Assembly: GCA_965116875.1 (NCBI GenBank)
Contig: OZ220733.1
Coordinates: 576,001-640,000 of the forward strand
Reading direction: 5' to 3'
Length of the DNA stretch: 64,000 nt
From: Candidatus Latescibacterota bacterium
GTDB lineage: Bacteria > Latescibacterota > UBA2968 > GCA-2709665
Shown in pieces: positions 17,841 through 28,380 of the stretch. Position numbers and translations under genes: made by a program. The notes below the pieces were generated by a model. The model searched no databases. It saw nothing but the letters and a program-made list of their open reading frames with translations, and was not told the origin of the DNA. Every line of letters starts with the position of its first letter. Position 1 is the first letter of the stretch.

Positions 17841-20396
17841 CTACCCTCCCGCGGACATCCCGAAGACCGCAGCAAAGAGGATGAAATCCGCGAAGCTGAT
17901 CTGTTCGTCGCCGTTCAGGTCCAGGTTCTCGTCGAAATTCGGATCGCCCGAACCGGCGCCGAAACTGCTGGCGAAAATCACGAAATCGCCGAACCCGACG
18001 ATGCCGTCCCGGTCGAAGTCGGCGCGTCCAGGATCGGTCACGGGCGCATCCTCGTAGACCGGCCGCCCCCGAACGGCGATACCCCGAGGCCCGTCTTCCA
18101 GCGGCAGCGTCTTGCGAATGAATCCCGATGCCGCATCGATAAACAGCAGTTCGTTCGAGTCCTGGTTGGCCGCGTAGACGGTCTTGCCGTCGGCGGACAC
18201 GGCGACGTCGCGCGTTTCCCGCCCGCGTGCGGCCCACTTCAGAACAACGCGATTCAGATCGGTATTGATGACCAGCACCTGCGCATTGGTCCGGTCCGTG
18301 GCATAGAGGCGTTTCCCGTCAGGCGAGAGGGCCAGCCGGAATACGCTGGCGGATGGCTGGTCGATCTTGCTGATCACCTCTTTCGTTTCGGTATCGATGA
18401 CCGAAACGCCGGCGCCGTCGCCGCTGCGTCCGAACCTGGAAACGTAGAGGCGGTCGCCGGACGGGGAGAGCAGCAGTGACCGCGGCGATACCGGCACGTC
18501 GATCCGGTGGGTTACCTGCCGGGCTTCGATATCCACGACCATCACCTGATTCCCGTCGATGTCCGCCGCGTACAACCACTGTTCGTCCGGGCTCACCGCG
18601 ATGCCGAACGGGCCGCGGGAACCCTCGCCCTCGCCGGCTACGGGCGTGGAAATTCGCCGCCCTTCCCGCAGGCTGCCCACGTCCACCACCGATACCGTCT
18701 GGTCCGCGGCATTGCTCACGTACACGCGCGACCCGTTTCGGGCCATCGCCAGATCCAGCGGCTCACGCCCCACCCGAATGACCTGGACTTCATGCGTGGC
18801 CGTATCGATCGCCATCAGCTTGTTTTCCGAGCCATCCGCGTCCGCGCCGTTGTTGGCCACGTACACGTACCGCTCGTCGGGCGTCAATAACGCGCTCAAG
18901 GGGTCGCCGCCCAGAGGTATCCGGGCCACTTCACGGTCCAGACCCGTATCGAACACGGCGAGTTGCCGTGAACGCCGAAGCGACACGTACACAACCGGCT
19001 CTCCGGAAAGCGCAAGCACCTCGAACCGCAGCGCGGGCAGTTCCTCGGCGGGATAGACCGTCTCGTTGCCCTGGCTGTCCTGCGCCCGGAATCGGTAGGT
19101 AAACACGGTTCCGCGTTTCCGCCCGGGAAACTCGGCGGAGTAAAACTGTCCATGTTCCGGCTGCAACACCAACGTCCGGACGGGTCCGCCGTCGATCCGG
19201 TAGTCCGCCTCGACCAGAACGATCGGGTCCTCATCGAGAATGCGGACGTGCAGCCGGTACGGGCCTGCCGGACTCGGTGTGTTGTTCGGCAGAACGGTCG
19301 GTTGAACGTCCGGAAAACCCGGCAGGGCCGTTCCCAGCGTAAAGTCGACTTCCGCCACGCTCCTGCCCGGGGCAACGCGAACCACGTCCGCGACGTCCCG
19401 GATCGCCCTGTTGTCGTAATACTCCTCCGGGAAGCCGGTTTCGAATTCGCTGTAAATGCCGCTGAAATTCCGCGTGGTAACCGAACCGCCAACCGGTTCG
19501 ATGCCCACGTGATATTCTCCTGGCGGCAGGCCCTTGATTTCATACGCCCCGTCTCCGCCGATCCCCCGGTTTTCACCTGTTGTTCCCGACAGGACGCCCG
19601 CGGCGAACTCACCTGTCTCCGCACGATATGCCACCACGTGAACGCCAAATGCGCCGGCGCCGTCGCGGTGCGTCACCCGGCCGGAGATTGCGCCGGTGGA
19701 TGTAATCGCCTCGGTGGATGGATACAGTGCCGCAACCCCCGCACGGTCATCCGTCGTAAGCGTTCGTTCCTCTCCGAAGTAAAACGGATACATCGACGGT
19801 CGAACGGTTCGATCTCCCCCCAGCGGCGAATGGGCAAGGCCCAGCAGGTGGCCGATCTCATGGACCAGCACGTCCTGCATATCCACCAGTCCGCCGTCCT
19901 GGTCGGGATTTCCCGCCGAATAGGTATAGTCTCGACCGTTGAAGACGATGTCCACGTCTGTAATGTGCCCCTGAGTGTCCCAATTCATCCGTGCGAACGC
20001 GATCACACCCCCGCCGCCGCGCTCCGGGAAATTACTGGCGCTCCGGTCATAGGCGATTACGTTTTTCCCGTCTTCTGTCGACACATCCAGATTGGCGACG
20101 CCGCGACTTCTGAACGCGGCGAATGAAATGGGAACTTCCTCCCAGGCTGCGAAGCTGTCGTTTACCAGGCGTCTGACATGTCTGTCCAGGAACGGAAACT
20201 GATCGATCTTGAGCCAGAATTCGATCGCGCGCGCTTTTCCCGCCGACCATCGCACCGTGACAATCTGGCCCTGCCTGTTACGGTGCATCTGAAACACGTA
20301 GGAATCCGAAGGGGCTGCCAGAAAGCATCCTGTCATCACGGACACGACAACCAGGACGAACAATCGACGCGTACAGTTTCCGATATTGTGTCTCAC
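17841..20396 (-). CDS. Secreted matrixin (M10) metalloprotease with YVTN/YncE beta-propeller and C-terminal dockerin/EF-hand-like tag
   Basis: HEIGHLLGLAH zinc motif, Met-turn SMYP, propeller repeats (PDERYVYVAN, SPDGKRLYAT), C-terminal ADFDRDGIVGFGDF..DLNGDEQISFADF. Confidence 0.85.
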   Translation of the reverse strand: MRHNIGNCTRRLFVLVVVSVMTGCFLAAPSDSYVFQMHRNRQGQIVTVRWSAGKARAIEFWLKIDQFPFLDRHVRRLVNDSFAAWEEVPISFAAFRSRGVANLDVSTEDGKNVIAYDRSASNFPERGGGGVIAFARMNWDTQGHITDVDIVFNGRDYTYSAGNPDQDGGLVDMQDVLVHEIGHLLGLAHSPLGGDRTVRPSMYPFYFGEERTLTTDDRAGVAALYPSTEAITSTGAISGRVTHRDGAGAFGVHVVAYRAETGEFAAGVLSGTTGENRGIGGDGAYEIKGLPPGEYHVGIEPVGGSVTTRNFSGIYSEFETGFPEEYYDNRAIRDVADVVRVAPGRSVAEVDFTLGTALPGFPDVQPTVLPNNTPSPAGPYRLHVRILDEDPIVLVEADYRIDGGPVRTLVLQPEHGQFYSAEFPGRKRGTVFTYRFRAQDSQGNETVYPAEELPALRFEVLALSGEPVVYVSLRRSRQLAVFDTGLDREVARIPLGGDPLSALLTPDERYVYVANNGADADGSENKLMAIDTATHEVQVIRVGREPLDLAMARNGSRVYVSNAADQTVSVVDVGSLREGRRISTPVAGEGEGSRGPFGIAVSPDEQWLYAADIDGNQVMVVDIEARQVTHRIDVPVSPRSLLLSPSGDRLYVSRFGRSGDGAGVSVIDTETKEVISKIDQPSASVFRLALSPDGKRLYATDRTNAQVLVINTDLNRVVLKWAARGRETRDVAVSADGKTVYAANQDSNELLFIDAASGFIRKTLPLEDGPRGIAVRGRPVYEDAPVTDPGRADFDRDGIVGFGDFVIFASSFGAGSGDPNFDENLDLNGDEQISFADFILFAAVFGMSAGG

Positions 20397-20399
20397 GAC

Positions 20400-20792
20400 T
20401 CAGTCCTGTTGTATCAACACGGGTTGGGGCGTCTCCTGATCCACGTACCACACCTCCTGCCGGCCGTCACCGTCCAGGTCCGCGCGGGCTTCCGCAACAA
20501 ACGTCGATCCTTCCACCGTTACCCGGTACCGGAACCTGCCGGGCACGTCATTAAGCTTGAGGATCTCACCGTTTTTTTCACTGTCTACGGGGAGATAAGT
20601 TCCATATTCCTCCAGATGGGCACGCTCCAGCCCGTAGATCAATTCGAGGTGCATTCGGGCGCGGGCACGTTCGCTCTCATCCGGGGACCGCGCAGTCAGC
20701 CGGTAGATCATCAGGATACAGAACAGGGCCAGCAACAGGACGGACGGCAGATGTTTCCTGATGGAAAGGCCGCGTTCAGATTCATCAGGCAC
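20400..20792 (-). CDS. Pilin-like small membrane-anchored protein
   Basis: N-terminal TM helix, then LELIYGLERAHLEEYGTY and FVAEARADLDGDG..VWYVDQ, similar to type IV pilin-like proteins. No clean prepilin motif. Confidence 0.55.
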   Translation of the reverse strand: MPDESERGLSIRKHLPSVLLLALFCILMIYRLTARSPDESERARARMHLELIYGLERAHLEEYGTYLPVDSEKNGEILKLNDVPGRFRYRVTVEGSTFVAEARADLDGDGRQEVWYVDQETPQPVLIQQD

Positions 20793-20794
20793 CG

Positions 20795-22543
20795 CTATTT
20801 CTCCCCTTCAAGCTCTGAGGAAGTCCAGACGTACAGGTTCAGCGGCTCCTCGGCGGCCGTCTCCCATCGGGAGACAACGCCAATCGTATCTTGAAGTGCA
20901 GACAGGGGTTCGGCGGCAACGAACGGTCTGACCACGCCCGGCGTCCACAGGCGGGTACCGTCGACGTCACCGAAAGCGAGCACCCGGTACGGACCGGGCG
21001 GCATCGCCTCCAGAATATACGAAGAGTCTCCGGGCGCAACAGTGATCGAATGCGTTACTTCCGGCGCCGAGAGCGGCCGCGCCTGCACGACAATGGGCGA
21101 CTCTGAAGGGACAACCGAACCGCTCAAGGCGCCCTGGTCTTCCGGGGTCGCAACCGTAAATCGGAACACGATCTCGCCTTCGGCCGGGTTACCGGAAACG
21201 TCCGAAAGCCGGTCGGGCCGTGCTCGCAGAACGTAAGATCTCCCTGGCGCCCAGGCATGGAGGGGCCGGAATGCAAGCCGGTTGGGCAGCGGCCAGGAAA
21301 CCCGTCCTTCGGGAGCGTCCGTACTGTCGGAAACGATCCAGAGTTCAGGATTCGTATCGTCAGACATCGCCTCGTTGAAATCAACTCGCAGCGCGGCGTC
21401 TTGCAATACGTGCCGTGCTCCAACTTCAGGATTGACGCGAACCGGAACCGGCGCACGGCGGTCGGGCCGTCCCTCGCCGCGCACCGCCGCCGCTTCGCCT
21501 GACGCAATCCGGTTCCCGAAGCGGTCTCCGATTCCGCCCAACTCGACCATGTATTCCATGCCGGCAGTCTGCGGACCAGTAACAAGCCAAACCCGGCTGG
21601 AATCCGTCGCGTCCGTGTATATTGCCTGTACGTCGAGTGATCCGGCGGCTCCGGAAACGCGGGGCGGCGAGGACAGAGTCACGGGTTCGTCGAACCGCAG
21701 GGCCAGCCGCCGCCGATCGGGCGTCCGCGCTGAAACAAAACGCGGCGGCACGCTGTCACGCACCGCCATCTTCAGCAGACTCAATTGCACACGCACGTCG
21801 CCCGATCCGAGCGGGACATCCCCCGGCGGTACAGCAATCGGCTCGCCGGGACGATAAGCCTGGTCGCGGTCTCCATCCTGGAATGCGAATACCCGGTACC
21901 GTCCGGGCCCCAATCGTACAAAACGGTACGTCCCGTCGTCACCGGGCTGTGTCACATAAGCGGGAGGATCGGCCGCGGGATCGGGGTCGCCGGTCCCGGT
22001 CAGATCGTACGCCCATACGTAGACCAATCCCCGCTTTCCGGTATTCAGATCGACGCTTCCGTGGATTTCTCCACCGCTCAACCGATCACCGGTGGAGAAC
22101 GCGAAGCTGTAGGTCGCCTCCATGCGGTTGGACGACTCGTCTGAACTGCCGGCGCCAACCGATACAACGTAAGTACGATCCTCACGGAGGCCTTCACGTG
22201 GACGGATTTCAAGCTCCCGTCCGCGCCATCTGAATTCCGGATCGGTTGAAAAGCGCGGCGAAATGAAAATCGCACGCGTGACCGATCGGCGGTTCATGGA
22301 TTCGCTGAACCCGATCCGGATGCGGGTATCCGGCCCAACGCCCACGGAATCGGCCGCAGGCGTTGTGTGGACCACCCGCGGCGGGGTCACGTCCGGAGGA
22401 CCGCCAGGTGGCGGTCTGGGGTTGGCGCAGGCTCCCGCGAAGAGCGGAAGAAGGCCCATCAGGACACGAGCCGTCTTTTTCGGGATGGAGAATGACAGGG
22501 AAACGCTGCATGGCCATCCACCGACTTCCGTGTCCGTTTTCAC
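20795..22543 (-). CDS. Ig-like (Big_5-type) domain lipoprotein
   Basis: Lipobox-like AGAC followed by ANPRPPPGGPPDVTPP, FSESM and YRVFAFQD. The true start is probably somewhat downstream. Confidence 0.75.
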   Translation of the reverse strand: MKTDTEVGGWPCSVSLSFSIPKKTARVLMGLLPLFAGACANPRPPPGGPPDVTPPRVVHTTPAADSVGVGPDTRIRIGFSESMNRRSVTRAIFISPRFSTDPEFRWRGRELEIRPREGLREDRTYVVSVGAGSSDESSNRMEATYSFAFSTGDRLSGGEIHGSVDLNTGKRGLVYVWAYDLTGTGDPDPAADPPAYVTQPGDDGTYRFVRLGPGRYRVFAFQDGDRDQAYRPGEPIAVPPGDVPLGSGDVRVQLSLLKMAVRDSVPPRFVSARTPDRRRLALRFDEPVTLSSPPRVSGAAGSLDVQAIYTDATDSSRVWLVTGPQTAGMEYMVELGGIGDRFGNRIASGEAAAVRGEGRPDRRAPVPVRVNPEVGARHVLQDAALRVDFNEAMSDDTNPELWIVSDSTDAPEGRVSWPLPNRLAFRPLHAWAPGRSYVLRARPDRLSDVSGNPAEGEIVFRFTVATPEDQGALSGSVVPSESPIVVQARPLSAPEVTHSITVAPGDSSYILEAMPPGPYRVLAFGDVDGTRLWTPGVVRPFVAAEPLSALQDTIGVVSRWETAAEEPLNLYVWTSSELEGEK

Positions 22544-22547
22544 GTCG

Positions 22548-23453
22548 CTACGCTCTCGGATGCGCCTGCCGATAAGCCTTTTTCAACCGTTCCACACTCA
22601 CGTGGGTATAAACCTGCGTTGTGGACAGGCTCGCGTGCCCAAGCATCTCCTTGACCGCATTCAGATCGGCGCCCCTGTCCAGCAGATGGGTGGCGAACGT
22701 ATGCCTCAGCGTATGCGGCCCCAGACGGCTCCTTCCCGTCGCCTGCTCGAGATGTCCCACGACCCGGTCCTGAATCCCGCTTGCGCTCAACGCCCTGCCG
22801 GTTCGGCTCAGGAAAAAACGACGGCGGTCAACCACGGGCGCATCGCCGGGCAACAGCTCCGGCCGGCGCGCGAGATACCTGCGAAGGGCCTCCCTGGCGG
22901 GCCTTCCAACGGGCACGAGTCGCTCCCTTCCACCCTTCCCCGTCACCCGGACCGTCCCGCTGTCGAGGTCCAGGCTGTCCATATTGATCTCCGCAAGTTC
23001 GCGCAAACGGATTCCGGAACTGTAGAACAATTCCAGAATCGCCCGGTCCCGCAAACCCAATGCCGTATCCGGCGACGGATTTTCCAGCACTCGCCTCACC
23101 TCTCGGTCGTCCAGATGTACCGGCAGGGTCTTCTCCTGCCTTGGCGGACGGACCTGAAGCGCCGGGTTCTTCTGCAAACGGCCCAGGCGGCACAGAAAGG
23201 AAAAAAACGTCCGCAGCGAAGCCAGCTTCCGTGCGATTGAACGCCTGCCGAAACCGGCGCCGTTGAGATGTCCAAGGAACGCCCGTATGTCCTCGCGGGC
23301 GATGCTTCTCACGTCCGGATTTTCCGAGCCCGTTCGGACCTGCAGGAAAGAAAGGAACCGTTCCAGGTCCGTGCGGTAGGCACGTGACGTGTGCGGCGAA
23401 AGACGACGCTCGTCGGCGAGATGACGTAGGAATTCCGCGATCAAAACGTGCAT
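22548..23453 (-). CDS. xerC: Tyrosine recombinase XerC
   Basis: RDRAILELFYSSGIR, GKGGRER, HTLRHTFATHLL and LGHASLSTTQVY. Lies directly after topA. Confidence 0.9.
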   Translation of the reverse strand: MHVLIAEFLRHLADERRLSPHTSRAYRTDLERFLSFLQVRTGSENPDVRSIAREDIRAFLGHLNGAGFGRRSIARKLASLRTFFSFLCRLGRLQKNPALQVRPPRQEKTLPVHLDDREVRRVLENPSPDTALGLRDRAILELFYSSGIRLRELAEINMDSLDLDSGTVRVTGKGGRERLVPVGRPAREALRRYLARRPELLPGDAPVVDRRRFFLSRTGRALSASGIQDRVVGHLEQATGRSRLGPHTLRHTFATHLLDRGADLNAVKEMLGHASLSTTQVYTHVSVERLKKAYRQAHPRA

Positions 23454-23577
23454 TCGCAGTGAACCCTTGTTTCAGACTGCTCCTGCCGCGGAATCGGTGT
23501 CCGCGGTCGACTCGACGGGGCCGGCGGCGGTTGCCGGCTCGAAACCGGCATTCCGCGGATGGCGCAGGAAAGCCGGC

Positions 23578-25833
23578 CTACACCTTTTCCTCCTGTGCGT
23601 CTGGCATATTATGCCTGCACTTCAGGCACCGGAAGGAGGTCCGGCCGTTTCGACCGGCATGCTCGGCCAGAAACGGTCCGTCGCACATTGGGCACGGCCG
23701 GTTCAAGGGCCGGTCCCAACTCGCGTACGTACACGCCGGAAAGTTGCCGCAACTGAAGAACGTTCTGCCGCGCCGGCTGCTTCGTTCCTTGAGTTGGCCG
23801 TCGCATTTTTCCTGCGGACATGGCACGCCCGTGGAAATCGACCGGGTATTCCTGCACTCGGGGTACCCGGAGCATGCAAGGAATCGTCCATTGCGTCCGG
23901 TGCGAATGGCCATTTCCGATCCGCATTTCTCGCAAACTTCATCCGTCGGTTCCGGCTCCGATGCTTCGAGCGGGTGGGTATTTCGGCATTCCGGAAATCC
24001 GGAACAGGCCAGAAAACGGCCGTTTCGACCCCATTTGATCACAAAGATCCGTCCGCACTTCTCGCAGATTCTGTCCGTCTCCTCCTGGAGCGACGCCTTC
24101 AGCTCTTTTCGCTGCCCTTCCGCACTTTCCAGAGCCCTGGCGAACGGTCCGTAAAAGTCTTCCACCACCTTCACCCAGCCTGCCTCGCCGTTTTCGACCT
24201 GGTCCAGTTCATCTTCCATCCTCGCGGTAAAATCCACGTTGAATACATCGGGAAACGCCTTGACCAGAATCCCGTTGACGGTTCGCCCCAGATCCGTTGG
24301 CGCGAACCGTCCGCTGTTTCTTGTCGTATAGTCCCTGTCCTGGAGCGTGCTGATAATCTGGGCATATGTACTGGGTCGTCCGATTTCGCGTGACTCCAGC
24401 TCCTTGACGAGCGTGGCTTCGGAGAATCTCGGGGGCGGCTTTGTGAAATGCTGCTCGGGCAGCAGCGACATCATGGTCAGAACATCTCCCTGCTTCAATC
24501 CATCGGGGAGCCGCGCCTCGGCCCGCTCGGCTTCCTCGTCCCTGCCTTCCGTATAGAGCGCCGTAAAACCGGCAAACTTGAGCTCCGAACCGGTTGCCCG
24601 CAATTCATACTCGCCCGCCCGGATATCCACCGCGGTCCGGTTGAACACCGCCGACGCCATCTGACAGGCGATGAACCGATCCCAGATCAGGCGATAAAGC
24701 TTCGCCTGGTCGGCAGTCAGTTGCCCCTGGACGACCTCCGGCGGGCGCTGCACGTCCGTGGGGCGTATCGCCTCGTGCGCATCCTGCGCCCCCTTTCCCT
24801 TCCGGTAGGTTCTTGCCCGGGACGGCAGAAACGCCTCCCCGAAACGCTGCAGGATATAGTCTCTCGCCGAAGTTACCGCGTCGCTCGCCAACCGGGTGGA
24901 GTCCGTCCTCATGTATGTAATCAAACCGGTCGTTTCGGTCGAGTCAACCGCACCGCCCCGTACCTCAACGCCCTCGTAAAGCTGCTGGGCCACCTGCATC
25001 GTCTTCCTTGCGGTAAACCGCAGCCGCCGGGACGCTTCCTGCTGCAGCGTACTCGTTATGAACGGCGGGGCAGGATTGCGCCGCTGCTCCCGTCGTTTTA
25101 CGCCAGAGATCCGGTATCCGGGATCGGTGGCCGCCGCACGCAGATCCAGAAGGATATGGTCCACCTCCACCCGGGTTTTCAGCTCCAGCTTTTCGCCCTT
25201 GAGCCGGACCAAACGCGCCCTGAATGGAACGGTATCCTCCCGTTTCACCTTTGCGTCGACAGTCCAGTATTCTTCCGGAACGAACGCGTCGATCGCCGCT
25301 TCCCGCTCGCAAATCAGGCGGAGCGCTACAGATTGAACCCGGCCGGCGCTCAGACCGCCGTGAACCGTCTTCCAAAGCAGTGGACTGACCTTGTACCCCA
25401 CGAGGCGATCCAGAACCCTGCGGGCTTGCTGAGCGTCCACCTTCCTGAGATCGATCCTGGAGGGGTTGGCCACCGCCTCCCTGACCGCCCGTTCCGTAAT
25501 CTCATTGAACATGACCCTCTGGGCATCGTTGACCCGCTTGAGCGCCTCGGCCACGTGCCACGCGATGGCTTCCCCCTCGCGGTCCGGGTCCGTCGCAAGA
25601 ATCAGCCGCCCCGCCGAGCGGGCGGCCGCGCGAAGCTCCTTGACGAACTTATTTCGATCGCGGATGGTCCGATACGTGGGCTTGAAGCCGTTGGTAACGT
25701 CGATGCCCAGTTCCTTCTTCGGCAGGTCACGGACGTGTCCCATGCTGGCCAATACCTTGAAGTCTTTACCGAGTATTTTGTTTATCGTCCTCGCCTTGGC
25801 CGGCGACTCGACCACCACCAGCGCATCCGGCAT
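23578..25833 (-). CDS. topA: DNA topoisomerase I
   Basis: VVESPAKA, ATDPDREGEAI, SAGRVQS, ITYMRTDS and C-terminal Zn-ribbon repeats. Confidence 0.97.
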   Translation of the reverse strand: MPDALVVVESPAKARTINKILGKDFKVLASMGHVRDLPKKELGIDVTNGFKPTYRTIRDRNKFVKELRAAARSAGRLILATDPDREGEAIAWHVAEALKRVNDAQRVMFNEITERAVREAVANPSRIDLRKVDAQQARRVLDRLVGYKVSPLLWKTVHGGLSAGRVQSVALRLICEREAAIDAFVPEEYWTVDAKVKREDTVPFRARLVRLKGEKLELKTRVEVDHILLDLRAAATDPGYRISGVKRREQRRNPAPPFITSTLQQEASRRLRFTARKTMQVAQQLYEGVEVRGGAVDSTETTGLITYMRTDSTRLASDAVTSARDYILQRFGEAFLPSRARTYRKGKGAQDAHEAIRPTDVQRPPEVVQGQLTADQAKLYRLIWDRFIACQMASAVFNRTAVDIRAGEYELRATGSELKFAGFTALYTEGRDEEAERAEARLPDGLKQGDVLTMMSLLPEQHFTKPPPRFSEATLVKELESREIGRPSTYAQIISTLQDRDYTTRNSGRFAPTDLGRTVNGILVKAFPDVFNVDFTARMEDELDQVENGEAGWVKVVEDFYGPFARALESAEGQRKELKASLQEETDRICEKCGRIFVIKWGRNGRFLACSGFPECRNTHPLEASEPEPTDEVCEKCGSEMAIRTGRNGRFLACSGYPECRNTRSISTGVPCPQEKCDGQLKERSSRRGRTFFSCGNFPACTYASWDRPLNRPCPMCDGPFLAEHAGRNGRTSFRCLKCRHNMPDAQEEKV

Positions 25834-25997
25834 ATTGTCTCCCAAAAGAACGAGCCACGTCGAAAGACATCATCGAGTGACTCACCCCGGTTACGATCGG
25901 TTGTCAGATCGGGAAAAACAGGATTAAATCCGTTGAAAAGCGTTGCCCGACGTTCTCCGCGCCTGCATCGTGTGACGCTTGTAACCCGTCCGATTCA

Positions 25998-26026
25998 AAA
26001 ATACGAGCGCCCCGGAGAAAAGTCAA
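25998..26026 (-). promoter_or_regulatory. Putative sigma70 promoter of topA
   Basis: Minus strand TTGACT-17 nt-TATTTT. Confidence 0.5.
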
Positions 26027-26098
26027 GGCTAAACTGATAAATATTTGTAAAACATTTATTTATATCATGAAATATCATTTGCGGACTCCTGGCGTTCC

Positions 26099-28183
26099 TC
26101 AGGACGGTGGCCGGATCCGCATGCCCTGCCGTTCCGATCTCGCCAGAATGGCCTCCGCCATGATCGACACGAGCGCCAGGCCCAGCGCAAATCGCCATAG
26201 TTCCCTGCCGCCACGCGCTGTCCGGACCGCGTCTGCCGGAGGGGCTTGAGGTTCCACGAAGCGAAGCCGGGCCCCCTCGAACACTCTTTTGAGCCGATCC
26301 GTTGACGCAGGCGCGGGATCCCCTTCCCTTGCATCGATACGAACCGCGAACCGGTCCGCCAGACGGTCCCGCGCGTAAATCTCCCAGACACCGGGAATAT
26401 TCACCTCGCCGACAGGCCATACCGAGCGTGCCCCGCGCTGTTCGGGCCAGATCGTTCGGGCTTCGCCCGCGGGAGGTCTGAGCAGGGCCTCTCGGGCTTG
26501 AACCTCAGACCGGTTCCGATACACCCTGTCGCCCACGAAATAGTCCGACTGGCCGGGAAGACCCGCCGCCAGATAACGGCTCAGCCGATGCATGAACGGA
26601 ACGAAGATTCCCGTGAGAGGCAGGTCGGTCCAGCTCAGGTCGGATTTCAAGCCGGCGGCAAACAATATCACACGGCCTGCGCCGAGGCGGTTTTCGGCCA
26701 GAGCGGGGTCGCCGTTGCGGAACAGCAGAACAGGCTGCGATGTACCGCCCAGCCGCATCCGGCAGTACGCATAGAACCTTGGCCTTCCCAGTCCTTCTGC
26801 CGAACCGAGATCGCGGAAAACCGTATGGTCAGGCAGCGTTTCACTCAGCCTGTGATAGGTGTCGCTCTGTCCGGGAGAACCTTCTACGCCTACGAGCGCC
26901 GCGGGAAACAGGACCGGGAACAATGCGGAATTGTAATGCCGAAAATCCACCCGATCCCCCATAAACACCATCACGCCCATTCCGGTTTGCACTCGATATT
27001 CAAGGAGTTTCAAGGCGCCGGCGGACAACCGGGACACGTTGAACAACAGGGCCGCGTCCGTTCCGTGCAAGAGATCCGCGTTCAATTCATCAGGCCGAAC
27101 CGATCGGACCGATACCGAGTGCCCCGACCCGGCCTCCAGCGCCCTTGCGACGAAATAGGTCTCGTCATCGCTTTCGGCAATCAGAAGCACGCTCACGCGC
27201 TCCGGGATGTTCAGGACCGAAGTGTAGACGTTGTCCGCCGCCATGTCGTCGTCACCGAGTTCGACGCGCAAGGGTACCTGCCCCCCCCTCTCCGGAATGA
27301 ACCGGAAGTGGAGACGCCGGGAGGTACCGGGTTCTGTACGGATCACCTGTTGACCGATCCGGCGTCCGTCCAGATAAACCTGTACCGGCGCCCGAAGCCG
27401 GACGGGCCCTCCGTAGTCCGTTAACGACACCCTCAACGTAGAAGCGTTGCCGGCGCCAAGGATCCCTTCGACGGGGGCCGCATGCCGGATGCCCGTATTG
27501 TCCGGTTCAGACGTTCGAACCGGTATGCAAAACACCGCAATGCCGGTTCCCGCGAAGAGCGTATCGGGAATCTCAGACCATCCGTTCGCTGCAAAATCCG
27601 AGACGACGTAAAACTCCCTGTTCGGAATCTCCGTTTGAGAGGCGCACGCCAGTGCAGCCATCAGCGCGGGTTGAAAATCCGTTCCGCGATTCGTGTACCG
27701 CAAGACCTCAAGTCTTGCAGCAAGACGGTCGGGACGCCCGGGTTCGATCTCCTCGACCCTGTCATCCACCTGGAACAGGCGAACATCGTCCTGTACGTTG
27801 AACAGCTGCAGAATCTCTTTCGTCCGATTTCGTGCGCGGTCAAAAAGGGTCCCTTCGGGTACCCTGAAACTCATGCTCAGGGATCGGTCCAGCAGGATCG
27901 ACGCAGACGTTCGCACCGCGCCATCGCCCTCTACGCCCTTTAACCTGGGGCGCGCAAAGCCCAGTACCAGAAACACGATGACCAGCGTGCGAAGAAGCAG
28001 CACGAGAATCTGCTTCAACCTGAACCGGCGCATCCGATCCTGTTGAAGCGCCTGGAGGAGAACCACGTTGCTGAAGGCAATCGTCACGGCCCGCCTGCGG
28101 TTCAGCAGGTGAATCGCCAGCGGCAGCAGCGCGGCCCACAACCCGTGTAGTACTGCGGGTGATGAAAAGGACAGTCCGAACAT
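26099..28183 (-). CDS. BatA-domain / vWA membrane protein
   Basis: N-terminal LPLAIHLLNRRR..F..LLLRTL..LGFARP, MIDAS-like DRSLSM and SDF, C-terminal TM ELWR..AE. Confidence 0.82.
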   Translation of the reverse strand: MFGLSFSSPAVLHGLWAALLPLAIHLLNRRRAVTIAFSNVVLLQALQQDRMRRFRLKQILVLLLRTLVIVFLVLGFARPRLKGVEGDGAVRTSASILLDRSLSMSFRVPEGTLFDRARNRTKEILQLFNVQDDVRLFQVDDRVEEIEPGRPDRLAARLEVLRYTNRGTDFQPALMAALACASQTEIPNREFYVVSDFAANGWSEIPDTLFAGTGIAVFCIPVRTSEPDNTGIRHAAPVEGILGAGNASTLRVSLTDYGGPVRLRAPVQVYLDGRRIGQQVIRTEPGTSRRLHFRFIPERGGQVPLRVELGDDDMAADNVYTSVLNIPERVSVLLIAESDDETYFVARALEAGSGHSVSVRSVRPDELNADLLHGTDAALLFNVSRLSAGALKLLEYRVQTGMGVMVFMGDRVDFRHYNSALFPVLFPAALVGVEGSPGQSDTYHRLSETLPDHTVFRDLGSAEGLGRPRFYAYCRMRLGGTSQPVLLFRNGDPALAENRLGAGRVILFAAGLKSDLSWTDLPLTGIFVPFMHRLSRYLAAGLPGQSDYFVGDRVYRNRSEVQAREALLRPPAGEARTIWPEQRGARSVWPVGEVNIPGVWEIYARDRLADRFAVRIDAREGDPAPASTDRLKRVFEGARLRFVEPQAPPADAVRTARGGRELWRFALGLALVSIMAEAILARSERQGMRIRPPS

Positions 28184-28234
28184 GACGATCAGACCCGGAA
28201 CCTGAATCGACCGTAAACCCCTGGTTCCACTTCG

Positions 28235-28315
28235 GAATCTGTTTTAAGATTCCCGGCGGTCTTCGCACGGCTGCAAAAGCGCTCGGGAACTCACCGGCAA
28301 TCTCAAAACAGCTTC
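28235..28315. mobile_element. MITE family B, internally deleted copy
   Basis: Both ends match 34232..34417. Terminal inverted repeats GAATCTGTTTTAAGATT...AATCTCAAAACAGCTTC. Confidence 0.75.
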
Positions 28316-28323
28316 TCACATAC

Positions 28324-28357
28324 AAAAAAAAGCCTGCTTCTCAATTGATCGCAGGCT
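28324..28357 (-). terminator. Rho-independent terminator after the PTS IIA gene
   Basis: AGCCTGC/GCAGGCT stem followed by a T-tract on the minus strand. Confidence 0.6.
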
Positions 28358-28380
28358 GAGGTCCTTCCCGATTCGTTCCA

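Noticed and set aside
26027-26085. AT-rich tract near topA-xerC as a possible dif site
   Set aside because: It does not match the 11-6-11 dif layout or the TTATGTTAAAT XerD arm. More likely promoter-upstream DNA.
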